In this document: positions 18,297-27,902 of the stretch, one piece after another | Layout of the letters: every line of letters begins with the position of its first letter | Numbering within the stretch: position 1 is the first letter of the stretch | NCBI GenBank assembly: GCA_036517155.1 | Contig: DATDXY010000019.1 | Coordinates: 9,913-73,912 of the forward strand | Source of the DNA: Minisyncoccota bacterium | Lineage (GTDB): Bacteria > Patescibacteriota > Minisyncoccia > UBA6257 > 02-FULL-45-10c | Direction: 5' to 3' | Length of the DNA: 64,000 nucleotides | Position numbers and translations under genes: made by a program | The notes under the pieces: generated by a model | The model's database searches: none | What the model was told of the DNA's origin: nothing | The model's input: the letters and a program-made list of their open reading frames with translations, nothing else

Positions 18297-20735
18297 ATGG
18301 AAAAAGAACATCAAGCCAATAAAGTCCAACAACAAGAAATTACGGCGGAACTGAAAGAATCTTATTTAGATTACGCGATGTCCGTGATTGTTTCGCGCGC
18401 CTTGCCAGATGTGCGAGATGGATTAAAACCAGTGCACCGCCGCGTGCTTTGGTCTATGTGGGAAAGCGGCATTACCGCCTCCGCCAAACTCCGGAAATCC
18501 GCCAACACCGTCGGTTATGTAATGGCGCATTATCATCCGCACGGCGATACGGCGATTTATGATTCCTTGGTTCGAATGGCCCAAGATTTTTCGTTGCGTT
18601 ATCCATTAATCCAAGGACAAGGAAACTTCGGCAGCATTGACGGCGATAATGCCGCTGCCATGCGTTATACCGAAGCTCGCCTTTCCAAAATCGCGGAAGA
18701 ATTACTCACGGATATTGATAGGGAAACAGTGGATTGGCAACCGAACTACGATAGCAGCCGAGAAGAGCCAAAAGTATTACCGTCCAAAATCCCAAATCTT
18801 TTATTGAATGGCACTGTAGGCATTGCTGTGGGGATGGCAACCAATATCCCGCCGCACAATCTTAACGAAATTGTGGACGCAACCACGTGCCTGATTGAAA
18901 ATCCCAAAGCCACCACGGAGGATTTAATGGAATTCGTTCAGGGGCCGGATTTCCCAACTGGTGGCATCATCTACGACAAAAAAGCCATTGTGCAAGCTTA
19001 TATTTCCGGAAAAGGAGCAATTACCACTCGCGCCGTAGCGGAAATCAAAGAATCTGGTAAATACAACATCATTGAAATCACTGAAATCCCTTACCAAGTC
19101 AATAAATCGGAGTTAATCATTAAGATTGCCGAATTAGTTACGGATAAAAAAGTCCAAGGCATTCGGGATGTCCGTGATGAATCCGATCGCGAAGGATTGC
19201 GGATTATCATTGAATTAAAATCCGACGCCGCCGGACAAAAAGTTTTAAATCAATTATACGAATATACTGATCTTCAAAAAGATTTTTATATGAACGTTGT
19301 AGCGCTGGTGAACGGTATCCAACCGCAAGTCCTATCGCTCAAAGAATGCCTGGGATATTATATTGATCACCGGAAAGAGGTGGTCCGCCGCCGCGCCGAA
19401 TTTGATTTAAAGAAAGCCCGGGAACGCGCTCATATCCTCGAAGGACTGCATAAAGCTCTCGGCAATATTGATGCGATTATCAATACGATTAAAAAATCGG
19501 AAAATAAAGAAGCCGCTCATAAAAATTTAGTTGCTAAGTTTAAGTTCTCGGATATTCAGGCCACGGCGATTTTGGAAATGCGGTTGCAAACGCTCGCCTC
19601 GCTGGAACGGCAAAAAATTGAAGACGAGCTCAAAGAAAAATTGAAACTAATTGAAGAACTTTTATTGCTTTTAAAAAGCCCGGCAAAAATTCTTGGCGTA
19701 ATCAAATCCGAATTAAAAGAAGTGCAAGAAAAATATGGCGATAAACGGCGCACTCGCGTAGTTGCCGGCGGATTAAAAGAATTTAAAGAGGAGGATTTGG
19801 TGCCAAAAGAAGAAACCATTATCACAATGTCTCAAGGCGGCTATATCAAGCGGGTCCAGCCATCCAGTTTTAAATCGCAGAAACGCGGCGGCAAGGGATT
19901 GATTGGTTCGGATGTGGCGGAAGAAGATTTTCTTACACATTTTATGTCCGCCAATACGCATGACAATATTCTGTTCTTCACCGAACGGGGGAGAGTGTTC
20001 CAAACGAAAGTCTATGAAATACCGGAAGCGAGCCGGATCGCTAAAGGAAAATCTCTGCAAAACTTTTTGGAAATTCCGGCGGAAGAAAAGATCAGCGCGC
20101 TAATTACTTATTCGGCGGAAAAGAAAGCCGCGCCCGGTTATTTGGTGATGGTGACGCAGAACGGTCTTATTAAAAAAACTCCATTAGCGGATTTCGCCAA
20201 TGTGCGCCGCAGCGGCATTATTGCCATCAAATTAAAGAAAGGGGATTTACTGGAATGGGTAAAATTATCTTCCGGAAATGATCAAGTAATTTTAACTACC
20301 ACCCAGGGCCAAGCGATTCGCTTTAAAGAATCCCAAATTCGTTCCATGGGCCGCGCTTCTTCCGGCGTTCGGGGCATTCGCCTGAAAAAAGAGGATCATG
20401 TGGTTTCTTTGGATATTTTAGACAAAGAAAGCCAAAACTTCCGATTATTAACCGTCATGGCCAATGGCTTTGGAAAACAAACCAAGCTTTCCCAATATAA
20501 AATTCAGGGCCGCGGCGGATCAGGAATCAAAACTGCAAAAGTCACCGCCAAAACTGGAAAAGTAGTTGCCTCTCATATTGTTAATGAAGAACAAGAATTA
20601 TTAGCTTTATCGGCCAAAGGACAAATTATCCGCACCCAACTGGCGAGCGTCCGGATGGCTGGCCGCGCCACCCAAGGCGTTCGAGTCATGAATCTTAATT
20701 CCGGCGATAAAGTCGCGGGAATTGTTTGCCTCTAA
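18297..20735 (+). CDS. gyrA: DNA gyrase subunit A
   Basis: [28 protein letters not shown], GyrA-box QKRGGKG. Confidence 0.98.
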   Translation: MEKEHQANKVQQQEITAELKESYLDYAMSVIVSRALPDVRDGLKPVHRRVLWSMWESGITASAKLRKSANTVGYVMAHYHPHGDTAIYDSLVRMAQDFSLRYPLIQGQGNFGSIDGDNAAAMRYTEARLSKIAEELLTDIDRETVDWQPNYDSSREEPKVLPSKIPNLLLNGTVGIAVGMATNIPPHNLNEIVDATTCLIENPKATTEDLMEFVQGPDFPTGGIIYDKKAIVQAYISGKGAITTRAVAEIKESGKYNIIEITEIPYQVNKSELIIKIAELVTDKKVQGIRDVRDESDREGLRIIIELKSDAAGQKVLNQLYEYTDLQKDFYMNVVALVNGIQPQVLSLKECLGYYIDHRKEVVRRRAEFDLKKARERAHILEGLHKALGNIDAIINTIKKSENKEAAHKNLVAKFKFSDIQATAILEMRLQTLASLERQKIEDELKEKLKLIEELLLLLKSPAKILGVIKSELKEVQEKYGDKRRTRVVAGGLKEFKEEDLVPKEETIITMSQGGYIKRVQPSSFKSQKRGGKGLIGSDVAEEDFLTHFMSANTHDNILFFTERGRVFQTKVYEIPEASRIAKGKSLQNFLEIPAEEKISALITYSAEKKAAPGYLVMVTQNGLIKKTPLADFANVRRSGIIAIKLKKGDLLEWVKLSSGNDQVILTTTQGQAIRFKESQIRSMGRASSGVRGIRLKKEDHVVSLDILDKESQNFRLLTVMANGFGKQTKLSQYKIQGRGGSGIKTAKVTAKTGKVVASHIVNEEQELLALSAKGQIIRTQLASVRMAGRATQGVRVMNLNSGDKVAGIVCL

Positions 20736-20768
20736 CGCTTCGGTAAAAAGATATAGTATAATTCAGAT

Positions 20769-22079
20769 ATGCGTTTTACGCGATCGCAACTTGTGATTCT
20801 TGGCGTTATTAGTTTTTTTGTCGTGGTTGCGATTGGCATGCTGACCGGAATAATTCCCGGCCTTCGCACATCAGAAGATTTTGCTCCAGAACTAGAACTG
20901 AATGTCTGGGGCGTTTTTGATGATAATTATTTTTACGAAAATTTTGCCGCCTATAACGGAACCCGCCGAAATGTCACCATCAATTACAAACAAATCGACG
21001 CAAAGAATTACGAAAACATTCTCATTAATGCCATCGCTGCCGGCGCGGGACCAGACGTATTTATGTTTCACAGCAGTTGGTTGCCAAAACATTCAGACAA
21101 AATTACTCCCGCGCCAAATACTCTGACTCTGGAACAATTTCGCGGCCTTTTCCCGACTGTGGCAGAGCAAGATTTCGCTCCGGATAAGGTAGTCTATGCG
21201 CTTCCTTTATATATAGATACGCTCGCGCTGTATTATAATGAAGAAATTTTTGACAGCGCGGCAATTGCGATACCGCCTCGGAATTGGCTGGAGTTCCAAA
21301 ATATTATTCCAAAACTGCGCCAAATCAATCCAGATGGACAATTGGCGCGTTCCGCGGCAGCCATCGGCGGCACGAATACCACCACGCTTTATGCCAGCGA
21401 TGTATTGAGTCTTTTAATGCTTCAATCGGGAACGCAAATGACCGATCCAACATTTTCCCGAGCTACCTTCGCGGAATCGGTCAATGGATTTTATACTGGT
21501 CTGGATGCGTTGCAATTTTATACCAAATTCACCAATGCCAAAGATATTTACTACGCGTGGGATGAATCACTAGGCAATGCGATAGATGCGTTTGCCCAAG
21601 GAAAAACGGCAATGATCTTCGGCTATCGGGACACGCAGAAACTGATTCAAGAAAAAAGTCCATTACTGCGATTCAAAGCAACCGCGATGCCGCAACCGAA
21701 TCTTACTGACCCAGCGGTCAATTACGCTGATTATTGGGGCTTAGCGGTGTCCGCGAAAAGCCAATGGCCAACGTGGGGATGGGATTTAATCCAAGAATTA
21801 ACAACCAATGAAACTGCCGTGGAAACTTTTTTGCAAACATCCGGTTTACCGCCAGCACTCCGAACGCTTATCCAAAAATACAGTTCGGATCCGGATTTGG
21901 GCATTTTTGCTCGCCAAGCGCTTACCGCCCGATCTTGGCCGCAAATTAATAAACAATTAATAGCGCAAATATTTTCTCAAATGATTGCTGCGGTCGTCAA
22001 TCAACAGTTAGATCCCCGGGAGGCAATTACACAAGCAGAAAATGAAGTGACCGGTTTAATGCAAGTGAAAGGTCCGTAA
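20769..22079 (+). CDS. Membrane-anchored extracellular solute-binding protein (sugar SBP type)
   Basis: N-terminal TM; LNVWG, AAGAGPDVF, YALPLYIDTLALYYN, FAQGKTAMIFG. Confidence 0.85.
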   Translation: MRFTRSQLVILGVISFFVVVAIGMLTGIIPGLRTSEDFAPELELNVWGVFDDNYFYENFAAYNGTRRNVTINYKQIDAKNYENILINAIAAGAGPDVFMFHSSWLPKHSDKITPAPNTLTLEQFRGLFPTVAEQDFAPDKVVYALPLYIDTLALYYNEEIFDSAAIAIPPRNWLEFQNIIPKLRQINPDGQLARSAAAIGGTNTTTLYASDVLSLLMLQSGTQMTDPTFSRATFAESVNGFYTGLDALQFYTKFTNAKDIYYAWDESLGNAIDAFAQGKTAMIFGYRDTQKLIQEKSPLLRFKATAMPQPNLTDPAVNYADYWGLAVSAKSQWPTWGWDLIQELTTNETAVETFLQTSGLPPALRTLIQKYSSDPDLGIFARQALTARSWPQINKQLIAQIFSQMIAAVVNQQLDPREAITQAENEVTGLMQVKGP

Positions 22080-22097
22080 TCCGGTATACTAATATTT

Positions 22098-22478
22098 ATG
22101 AAAATTAAATTTTTCGCAATTTTACTTCTACTAACCCTTGCGCTTCCAGCGACATCGGGTGCGGCTGGTTTAGTGCCCTGCAATGGCAACGACTGTGATT
22201 TTTGTGATCTTTTGACGCTTGGAAAAAATCTGATTAATTGGTTTGTGGAAATCTCTTTTGTATTCGCGGTTCTCTTTTTTGCCTGGGGCGCAATTGTTAT
22301 AATGACCGCCGGGGGATCACCGGGGCAATTCAGCAAGGGAACAACTATTATCTACACGGTCCTCACGGGAATTGGTATACTACTATTAGCTTGGGTATTT
22401 ATCGGCACCCTGCTGCAAGTATTAACCGGGTCGCCGTCCAAATTACCCTGGAGCGAAATCCAATGTTCAGTAAAATAA
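22098..22478 (+). CDS. VirB2/TrbC-like pilin
   Basis: Signal peptide, GLVPC..CDFCDL, two TM helices joined by MTAGGSP. Confidence 0.8.
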   Translation: MKIKFFAILLLLTLALPATSGAAGLVPCNGNDCDFCDLLTLGKNLINWFVEISFVFAVLFFAWGAIVIMTAGGSPGQFSKGTTIIYTVLTGIGILLLAWVFIGTLLQVLTGSPSKLPWSEIQCSVK

Positions 22479-22843
22479 ATAAAACTGTATTCCAAAAATT
22501 GGTTTTTCTTAATGGAATCCTCTTTGCCCAAGGAAGCCGTTTTGGCGGGGAAACACCCTCCGCCGGCGGCAGCGTCACTAAAATTTCTCTTCCGGCCGTC
22601 CTTGGCATCCGCACTATCCAGGAACTGATTGATAGAATTATAAATTTTCTCTTGATTATAGGCACTTCCATTTTCACCGGTATGGTTTTATGGGCGGCCT
22701 ATCAGATTCTCACCGCTGGCGATAATCCGGAAAACGCCGCCGCTGGCCGAAGAACTATTTGGCACGCAACGATCGGCTATACCATTCTGTTACTTTCCAA
22801 GGGTATTGTGCTGGTCATCCAAAAAGTCTTAGGCGGCCAATAA
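22463..22843 (+). CDS. VirB2/TrbC-like pilin
   Basis: Start moved to ATG 22463; LIDRIINFLL...AAYQILTAGDNPE..AAGRRTIWHATIGY. Confidence 0.75.
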   Translation: MFSKINKTVFQKLVFLNGILFAQGSRFGGETPSAGGSVTKISLPAVLGIRTIQELIDRIINFLLIIGTSIFTGMVLWAAYQILTAGDNPENAAAGRRTIWHATIGYTILLLSKGIVLVIQKVLGGQ

Positions 22844-22915
22844 ACTGACAAATTTTTCTACGAATGATATACTCTAGACATATCCTGAAAGGTCGAGATT
22901 CAGAATCACACATCA

Positions 22916-23245
22916 ATGAAACAACTTATTAAAAAAATCGCTGCCGGCGCCGCTTTATTGGCTCCGACCGCATTCGCGCAAAATAGAGCGGTACCGCAAG
23001 TTCCGATTTCCTCTACCAATGATATTTTCAATATTATTGACCGGGTGTTGAATTTAGCGGCGACTCTCTTTTTCACTGTCGCGGTCTTCTTTATTTTCTG
23101 GGCAGGTTGGCTCTATCTCAATGGCGCCAGTAATGAAGAAAATTTAGGGAAAGCGAAAAATCAGCTGATTTATGCCGCGGTGGCAATTTTCGTCGGACTG
23201 ATTGCTTTCAGTTTCCCGCGATTAATTGAAAACTTCGTTCGATAA
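22916..23245 (+). CDS. VirB2/TrbC-like pilin (candidate major pilin)
   Basis: Signal peptide; WAGWLYLNGASNEE..GKAKNQLIYAAVA; own CTGACA-17-TATACT promoter. Confidence 0.8.
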   Translation: MKQLIKKIAAGAALLAPTAFAQNRAVPQVPISSTNDIFNIIDRVLNLAATLFFTVAVFFIFWAGWLYLNGASNEENLGKAKNQLIYAAVAIFVGLIAFSFPRLIENFVR

Positions 23246-23261
23246 GCTTATCTAACAAAAA

Positions 23262-23305
23262 CAAAAAACCCCATCTTAAATTTAATAAGATGGGGTTTTT
23301 GTTTT
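23262..23305. terminator. Bidirectional terminator
   Basis: AAAAACCCCATCTTA/TAAGATGGGGTTTTT between convergent genes. Confidence 0.75.
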
Positions 23306-23843
23306 AAAGAACAATCATTTCTTTTCGTTGCTGCTCCGCTTTCTTCTTTTTTACCGGCGTCGGTAATTCGTTCTTTCCGGAGGAGTGGGTCTCAATCTGG
23401 ATTTTTGCCAGACCGGATTTTCCCCGCATCCGAAAAGTGCAGCTCGGCAGTTTGGTTTTCGGGAAGTTTACTTGCTGATCCTCAACTCGATACATCTGGT
23501 AACCCTGGGGGGTGATGAAACAATACTCTGCCCAACCCGGAGCATCCACGATGAATTTCGTATTGAGGGGCAAACGAATAATCCCAGACCATGCCTGCTC
23601 GGAAATACGTATTTCCTGTTCCGGCTTTTCCAGGGTGACATTGATGTCAGAAGACCCAAGGTCAATAACGATTTCGACTGGCGTGTTATTGAATAATGAG
23701 TTAATCCATCCAGCAATTTCGCTGCAGAGATACTTTACACCTAAGCCAAAGAGCCAGAACGCCGCGCACACGATAAGTGTGATCCATATTGGTCTTTGCC
23801 ATTCTCGAGGATTAATTGTCTGACTGTTTTTTACCGAAGACAT
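23304..23843 (-). CDS. Hypothetical single-TM protein, partner of the SPFH gene
   Basis: 179 aa; AAGGAGG 9 nt before ATG; overlaps the SPFH gene end. Confidence 0.7.
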   Translation of the reverse strand: MSSVKNSQTINPREWQRPIWITLIVCAAFWLFGLGVKYLCSEIAGWINSLFNNTPVEIVIDLGSSDINVTLEKPEQEIRISEQAWSGIIRLPLNTKFIVDAPGWAEYCFITPQGYQMYRVEDQQVNFPKTKLPSCTFRMRGKSGLAKIQIETHSSGKNELPTPVKKKKAEQQRKEMIVL

Positions 23844-24711
23844 GGGTCAATACCTCCTTGATTGCGTTCACAATCGGATCCCTGCTTCCTTTATCAAGAC
23901 CGAAGATCTTGCGATCTTCTTTAATCTTGCCATCCTGAATTTGAACGATCTTGGTGGCATCTTCCATATTTGTCCCGCCATTAGAAGCTTTCACCAATGA
24001 TTTGGCGCGCTCAACAACATTCTTCATTTCGGACAGCCGAGCAAGATTTTCTTGATTGACCGTTTCTTTTTTAACGGTCGCATCATAAAGCTCCTTTGGG
24101 AGTTCAACATCGCCAATAATAAACACTGGCAATTGAACTCCGTAATACTCGCGCATATTCATGCCGCCGTCTTCTCTGGTCGGATCAATTTCAACGTATC
24201 TCTTTTTCAGATCCTTGGCTTTGTCCTCCCATGAGAATGGCTTTCCTTCCACGGCGATTAATGCGTGCTCAATGAAGTCTTTGACCCTGCCAGTAATTTC
24301 AATGCTTTTATCCATCATCGTCTTTCGATTTCCGTATTCTTTTTGAATACTAGTCAGAAAAGATTTCAAGTTTTCTGTAATTGCCTTGAGTCGTTCTTCT
24401 TTTTTGAAGCGACGGAATTGCACAAGATCCTCGACGGAAGGTATAGTGGTGAAATCACAGTCAATTGTGACTGGTTCGCCGTTTTCCGTTTCTAAGACAA
24501 TCATAAAATGATGACTTAGAGTAACGAGATCGGTTTTTGAATTCTCTACTACATTTTCCCAAGGAAACATAAGATGCAAACCCGGTCCAAGCCCCCGTTC
24601 TTTGGTGGTGATGACATTCAATACCACCAAACCCTCGTAACCGCCAACAATTACCCAACACCGTGTAAATAAAATCACTGCGATGAATATGCTGCAGATT
24701 ATCCAGATCAT
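23812..24711 (-). CDS. Divergent SPFH/Band 7 family membrane protein
   Basis: N-terminal TM, LGPGLHLMFPWE, LETENGEPVTID, YGVQL..FIIGDVELP; TTGACT-17-TATAAT promoter and AAGGAGG SD. Confidence 0.75.
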   Translation of the reverse strand: MIWIICSIFIAVILFTRCWVIVGGYEGLVVLNVITTKERGLGPGLHLMFPWENVVENSKTDLVTLSHHFMIVLETENGEPVTIDCDFTTIPSVEDLVQFRRFKKEERLKAITENLKSFLTSIQKEYGNRKTMMDKSIEITGRVKDFIEHALIAVEGKPFSWEDKAKDLKKRYVEIDPTREDGGMNMREYYGVQLPVFIIGDVELPKELYDATVKKETVNQENLARLSEMKNVVERAKSLVKASNGGTNMEDATKIVQIQDGKIKEDRKIFGLDKGSRDPIVNAIKEVLTHVFGKKQSDN

Positions 24712-24844
24712 TGGTTTAATCCTCCTTATAATTTTTCAACTGATCCGCAAAGCAGACCATAACTATTCTTACCCTATATTATATAACAAATATTGTAAAA
24801 AGTCAATATATCGGTTATATTGAATTACCCTATAATAAAAAGAC

Positions 24845-24926
24845 GCTCCCGTGGCGGAATTGGTATACGCGCATGGCTTAGGACCATGTTCCGAAAGGAT
24901 TAGAGGTTCGAGTCCTCTCGGGAGCA
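24845..24926 (+). tRNA. tRNA-Leu (anticodon TAG)
   Basis: GCTCCCG acceptor stem, CATGG-CTTAGGA-CCATG anticodon arm, long variable arm, GGTTCGAGTCC. Confidence 0.95.
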
Positions 24927-24934
24927 CTTATATT

Positions 24935-26038
24935 ATGAAAACTTTTTTTAGTATTATCATTTTTATAATTATTGGTATCTCCGGATTTTTATTTTTTTAT
25001 CATACGCCAATAACACCGCAAATTCCGGTTTCGCAAATTACCAGCCTACCCAAGGAATCGTCTGCTCAAAAAATCACTCCTCTTCCAACGACTGCGCCAA
25101 AAACCACGGATACGTTTTCCATAACAAACGTTAATGGAAATTTAAAAAGAGGCGAGATAGTTACTATTAGTGGAAATTATTTTGGGAAGCATCCTGATTA
25201 TTCTCCAACACTTCCGGATACTCTTGGTTCCGCTCTGCTTAATTTCGAAAATAACCAATTGACCGGCAATGGGTGGGTTATTGATCAAGCTCCAGAAAAT
25301 TGGCGCCTTTCAAACAATGGAGAAAGATCCAATAGCGCCTACCATGCAGAAAAATTCTATAATCCGATTATCAAAAATCGCCTAGGCAGCATAGAAATCA
25401 CTCAAACTGGCACACCTCATGAATGGTACTCTGTGTTTTGGTTCAAGCTTTTGCCCAATACTCAGGCAGGGAAATTCTTTCGTATTTATGGAGCAAGGGG
25501 CAGTTCGGAAAATATCTATCTTTCTACCGGAGGAGAGAATACAATGATTCGGGGTTTTTCCGAGTGTGTCACCTGCGGGGAAATAAAAACAGTCTGGAAT
25601 TCTCCTAATTCTTTCGGCTATGACCAGTGGCATCTCGTAGAAATTAATATGAAAGAAACTTCTCACACATTCCGGGTATTTATGGACGGCCAATTGCAGT
25701 GGGAAAGAAATAATTGGGTGAATGATCCATTTAATGGGACCGGCCATACCTGGGAAATCGGCCAAATGATTGATGCTCCGGCCAATGGCACTATAGGCGG
25801 CGCCTATGCGTTTGATGATGTATATTTTGACTACACTCAAGCTCGAGTTATGATTGGCAACGATCCAATTTTTGAACAGTCTACGATTCGCGAAATTCAG
25901 GTTCCGACTGAGTGGTCGGATACAACAATTACGATACATTTTAATCCCGGATCATTCTCCTCGGGACAAAAAGTGTATCTCTTCGTTATCAATTCCGATG
26001 GCACCGCAACGGCTGGTTTTCCGATTACTATCCAATAG
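24935..26038 (+). CDS. Membrane-anchored extracellular beta-rich protein (LamG/polysaccharide-lyase-like plus Ig-like domain)
   Basis: Start moved to ATG 24935; N-terminal TM, Pro/Thr linker, QWHLVEI..FRVFMDGQL, FDDVY, WSDTTITI. Confidence 0.65.
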   Translation: MKTFFSIIIFIIIGISGFLFFYHTPITPQIPVSQITSLPKESSAQKITPLPTTAPKTTDTFSITNVNGNLKRGEIVTISGNYFGKHPDYSPTLPDTLGSALLNFENNQLTGNGWVIDQAPENWRLSNNGERSNSAYHAEKFYNPIIKNRLGSIEITQTGTPHEWYSVFWFKLLPNTQAGKFFRIYGARGSSENIYLSTGGENTMIRGFSECVTCGEIKTVWNSPNSFGYDQWHLVEINMKETSHTFRVFMDGQLQWERNNWVNDPFNGTGHTWEIGQMIDAPANGTIGGAYAFDDVYFDYTQARVMIGNDPIFEQSTIREIQVPTEWSDTTITIHFNPGSFSSGQKVYLFVINSDGTATAGFPITIQ

Positions 26039-26042
26039 TTAT

Positions 26043-26951
26043 TTATTTTCTCCGCCGTCCGTGAAAGCTTTCGTGGACTTCTTTGAGTTCTTTGTTGGTT
26101 AAATGCGTATACACTTGGGTCGTGGAGATATTGCTGTGGCCAAGCATTTCTTGGACCGCGCGCAAATCCGCGCCGTTCATTAATAAATCCGTCGCGAACT
26201 GATGGCGAAGTTGATGCGGTGTGATATTTTTCGTGATGCCGGCTTTGCGGCGATAAAATTCCACTAACCGTTGCACCGCTCGGGGGATAATCCGGCCGAG
26301 CATTTTAGGCGAATCGCCTTTACTTAAACTAACAAACAACGCCTCATCCGCATCACCGCGTTTTTCCAAATAATTCTTAATCGCTTTTTTCGCCCGATCG
26401 GATATGAACACCACCCGGATTTTTTCTCCTTTGCCGCGGACGGCAATTTCTCCGCGTTCCAAATTCACATACCGATCCAGCGCGCATAATTCAGAAATCC
26501 GGAGACCGGTAGAAAAAAAAGTTTCCAGAATCGCCCGGTCGCGCAAACCCCGAAGCGAATCGGTCGGAGGAGCGTTCAAAAATCGTTCCAAATCAGCGTA
26601 TTCAATAATATCAATCTGCCGCCGCGCGATTTTCGGCAGTTCGATTTTATCCGGAGACAACACATCCATGTCCCGTTTGATTAAATATTTCAAAAAATTC
26701 CGGATTGCAATTACGTAATATCCCTGGGTAATTCGTTTCAATGGTTCGCCGTTTTCGGTTTTCGTCCTCGCCAAATGCACTCGGAAATCGGTCACCGTAT
26801 CTTCAGTAATGTCCCGCGGGTCTTTCACTTTTATATACGCAAAAAATGTCTTGAGATAATGCTCATAATTCCGCCGAGTCTTCAAAGACCGGTTTTTCTC
26901 TACTTCCAAGTAATCCAAGTATTCATTAAGGGTTTTGGTAATATCCGCCAT
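26043..26951 (-). CDS. XerC/XerD-like tyrosine recombinase
   Basis: RDRAILE..FSTGLRISEL, GKGEKIR, HQLRHQFAT, LGHSNISTTQVY. Confidence 0.92.
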   Translation of the reverse strand: MADITKTLNEYLDYLEVEKNRSLKTRRNYEHYLKTFFAYIKVKDPRDITEDTVTDFRVHLARTKTENGEPLKRITQGYYVIAIRNFLKYLIKRDMDVLSPDKIELPKIARRQIDIIEYADLERFLNAPPTDSLRGLRDRAILETFFSTGLRISELCALDRYVNLERGEIAVRGKGEKIRVVFISDRAKKAIKNYLEKRGDADEALFVSLSKGDSPKMLGRIIPRAVQRLVEFYRRKAGITKNITPHQLRHQFATDLLMNGADLRAVQEMLGHSNISTTQVYTHLTNKELKEVHESFHGRRRK

Positions 26952-27026
26952 ATAGATAGTATATATCTTTTGCGACAGAAAATTGAGCTCTTGCTTTTTC
27001 CGCCAAAACCTGATACCCTATATATA

Positions 27027-27293
27027 ATGCTTACAACTCGACAGAAAATGGGTTTAATGAAAGAATATCGCCAACACGACACCGATACCGGCTCTCCGGA
27101 AGTGCAAGTGGCGCTTTTAACCAAACAAATTGAGGAACTGACCGGACATCTAAAAAAGCATCGCAAAGACAACCATTCCCGTCGGGGACTTTTAAAGATG
27201 GTCGGCAAGCGGAAAAAGCTTTTGGATTATTTGTCTAAAAACAATCCAAAAACGTATTCCAGCACAATTAAAAAATTAGGTTTAAAAAAGTAA
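27027..27293 (+). CDS. rpsO: 30S ribosomal protein S15
   Basis: DTGSPEVQVALLT, KDNHSRRGLLKMVGKR; start moved to ATG 27027. Confidence 0.97.
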   Translation: MLTTRQKMGLMKEYRQHDTDTGSPEVQVALLTKQIEELTGHLKKHRKDNHSRRGLLKMVGKRKKLLDYLSKNNPKTYSSTIKKLGLKK

Positions 27294-27390
27294 TCCCGGG
27301 TTTGCCAAGCACGAATGTATGCAAATGCTGCGAACAAAGAGTGGTTCGCACTATTCGGATATATTCGCGATACGCGAACTCGTATAACAA

Positions 27391-27891
27391 ATGAAAAGAA
27401 AAGATCAGCGGGTCGGCATCTTCGTAGATGTCCAAAATCTGTACCACTCGGCGAAAAATTTATATCACGCTCGGGTCAATTATAAAGAATTAATGAAAGA
27501 ACTTGTGGCGGGACGGTCGCTTATTTCCGCCCATGCCTACGTAGTCAAAAGCGATACCGCCGCCGGGGAAACGTCCTTTTTTGACGCGCTCACGAAGAGT
27601 GGTTTGGAATTGCGAAGTAAAGATTTGCAAATTTACCCGGGTGGCATGAAAAAAGCCGACTGGGACGTCGGTATGGCGGTGGACGCCATCCGAAAATCAG
27701 ATTTAGTGGATGTCGTTGTGCTCGTTACTGGCGACGGCGACTTTATTCCGTTAGTGGAATATCTCAAGTGGGGGAAGGGACGCACGGTGGAAGTAGCGGC
27801 GTTCGGCCGCAGCGCCTCTGGAAAATTGAAAGAGGTGGCAGATGAATTTATTGATATAGAAAAGCTACCCAAAGTAATTTTAAGAAAATAA
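27391..27891 (+). CDS. NYN domain protein (LabA/DUF88)
   Basis: IFVDVQNLY, KADWDVGMAVD, LVTGDGDFIPL. Confidence 0.92.
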   Translation: MKRKDQRVGIFVDVQNLYHSAKNLYHARVNYKELMKELVAGRSLISAHAYVVKSDTAAGETSFFDALTKSGLELRSKDLQIYPGGMKKADWDVGMAVDAIRKSDLVDVVVLVTGDGDFIPLVEYLKWGKGRTVEVAAFGRSASGKLKEVADEFIDIEKLPKVILRK

Positions 27892-27902
27892 ACCAATAAA
27901 CT

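Noticed and set aside
18530-18565. Gyr[11 protein letters not shown] (Thr at the Ser83-equivalent position) as quinolone resistance
   Set aside because: Thr occurs naturally at this position in many wild-type gyrases; no phenotype can be inferred.
24851-24934. N-terminal extension of the 395 aa ORF
   Set aside because: It reads through the tRNA-Leu gene; the real start is likely ATG 24935.
24845-26951. tRNA-Leu-anchored integrative element using the tyrosine recombinase
   Set aside because: No duplicated tRNA 3' end was seen; the recombinase looks like a housekeeping Xer next to rpsO.
26775-27026. Extended N-terminus of S15
   Set aside because: Mostly antisense to the recombinase gene; S15 homology starts at ATG 27027.
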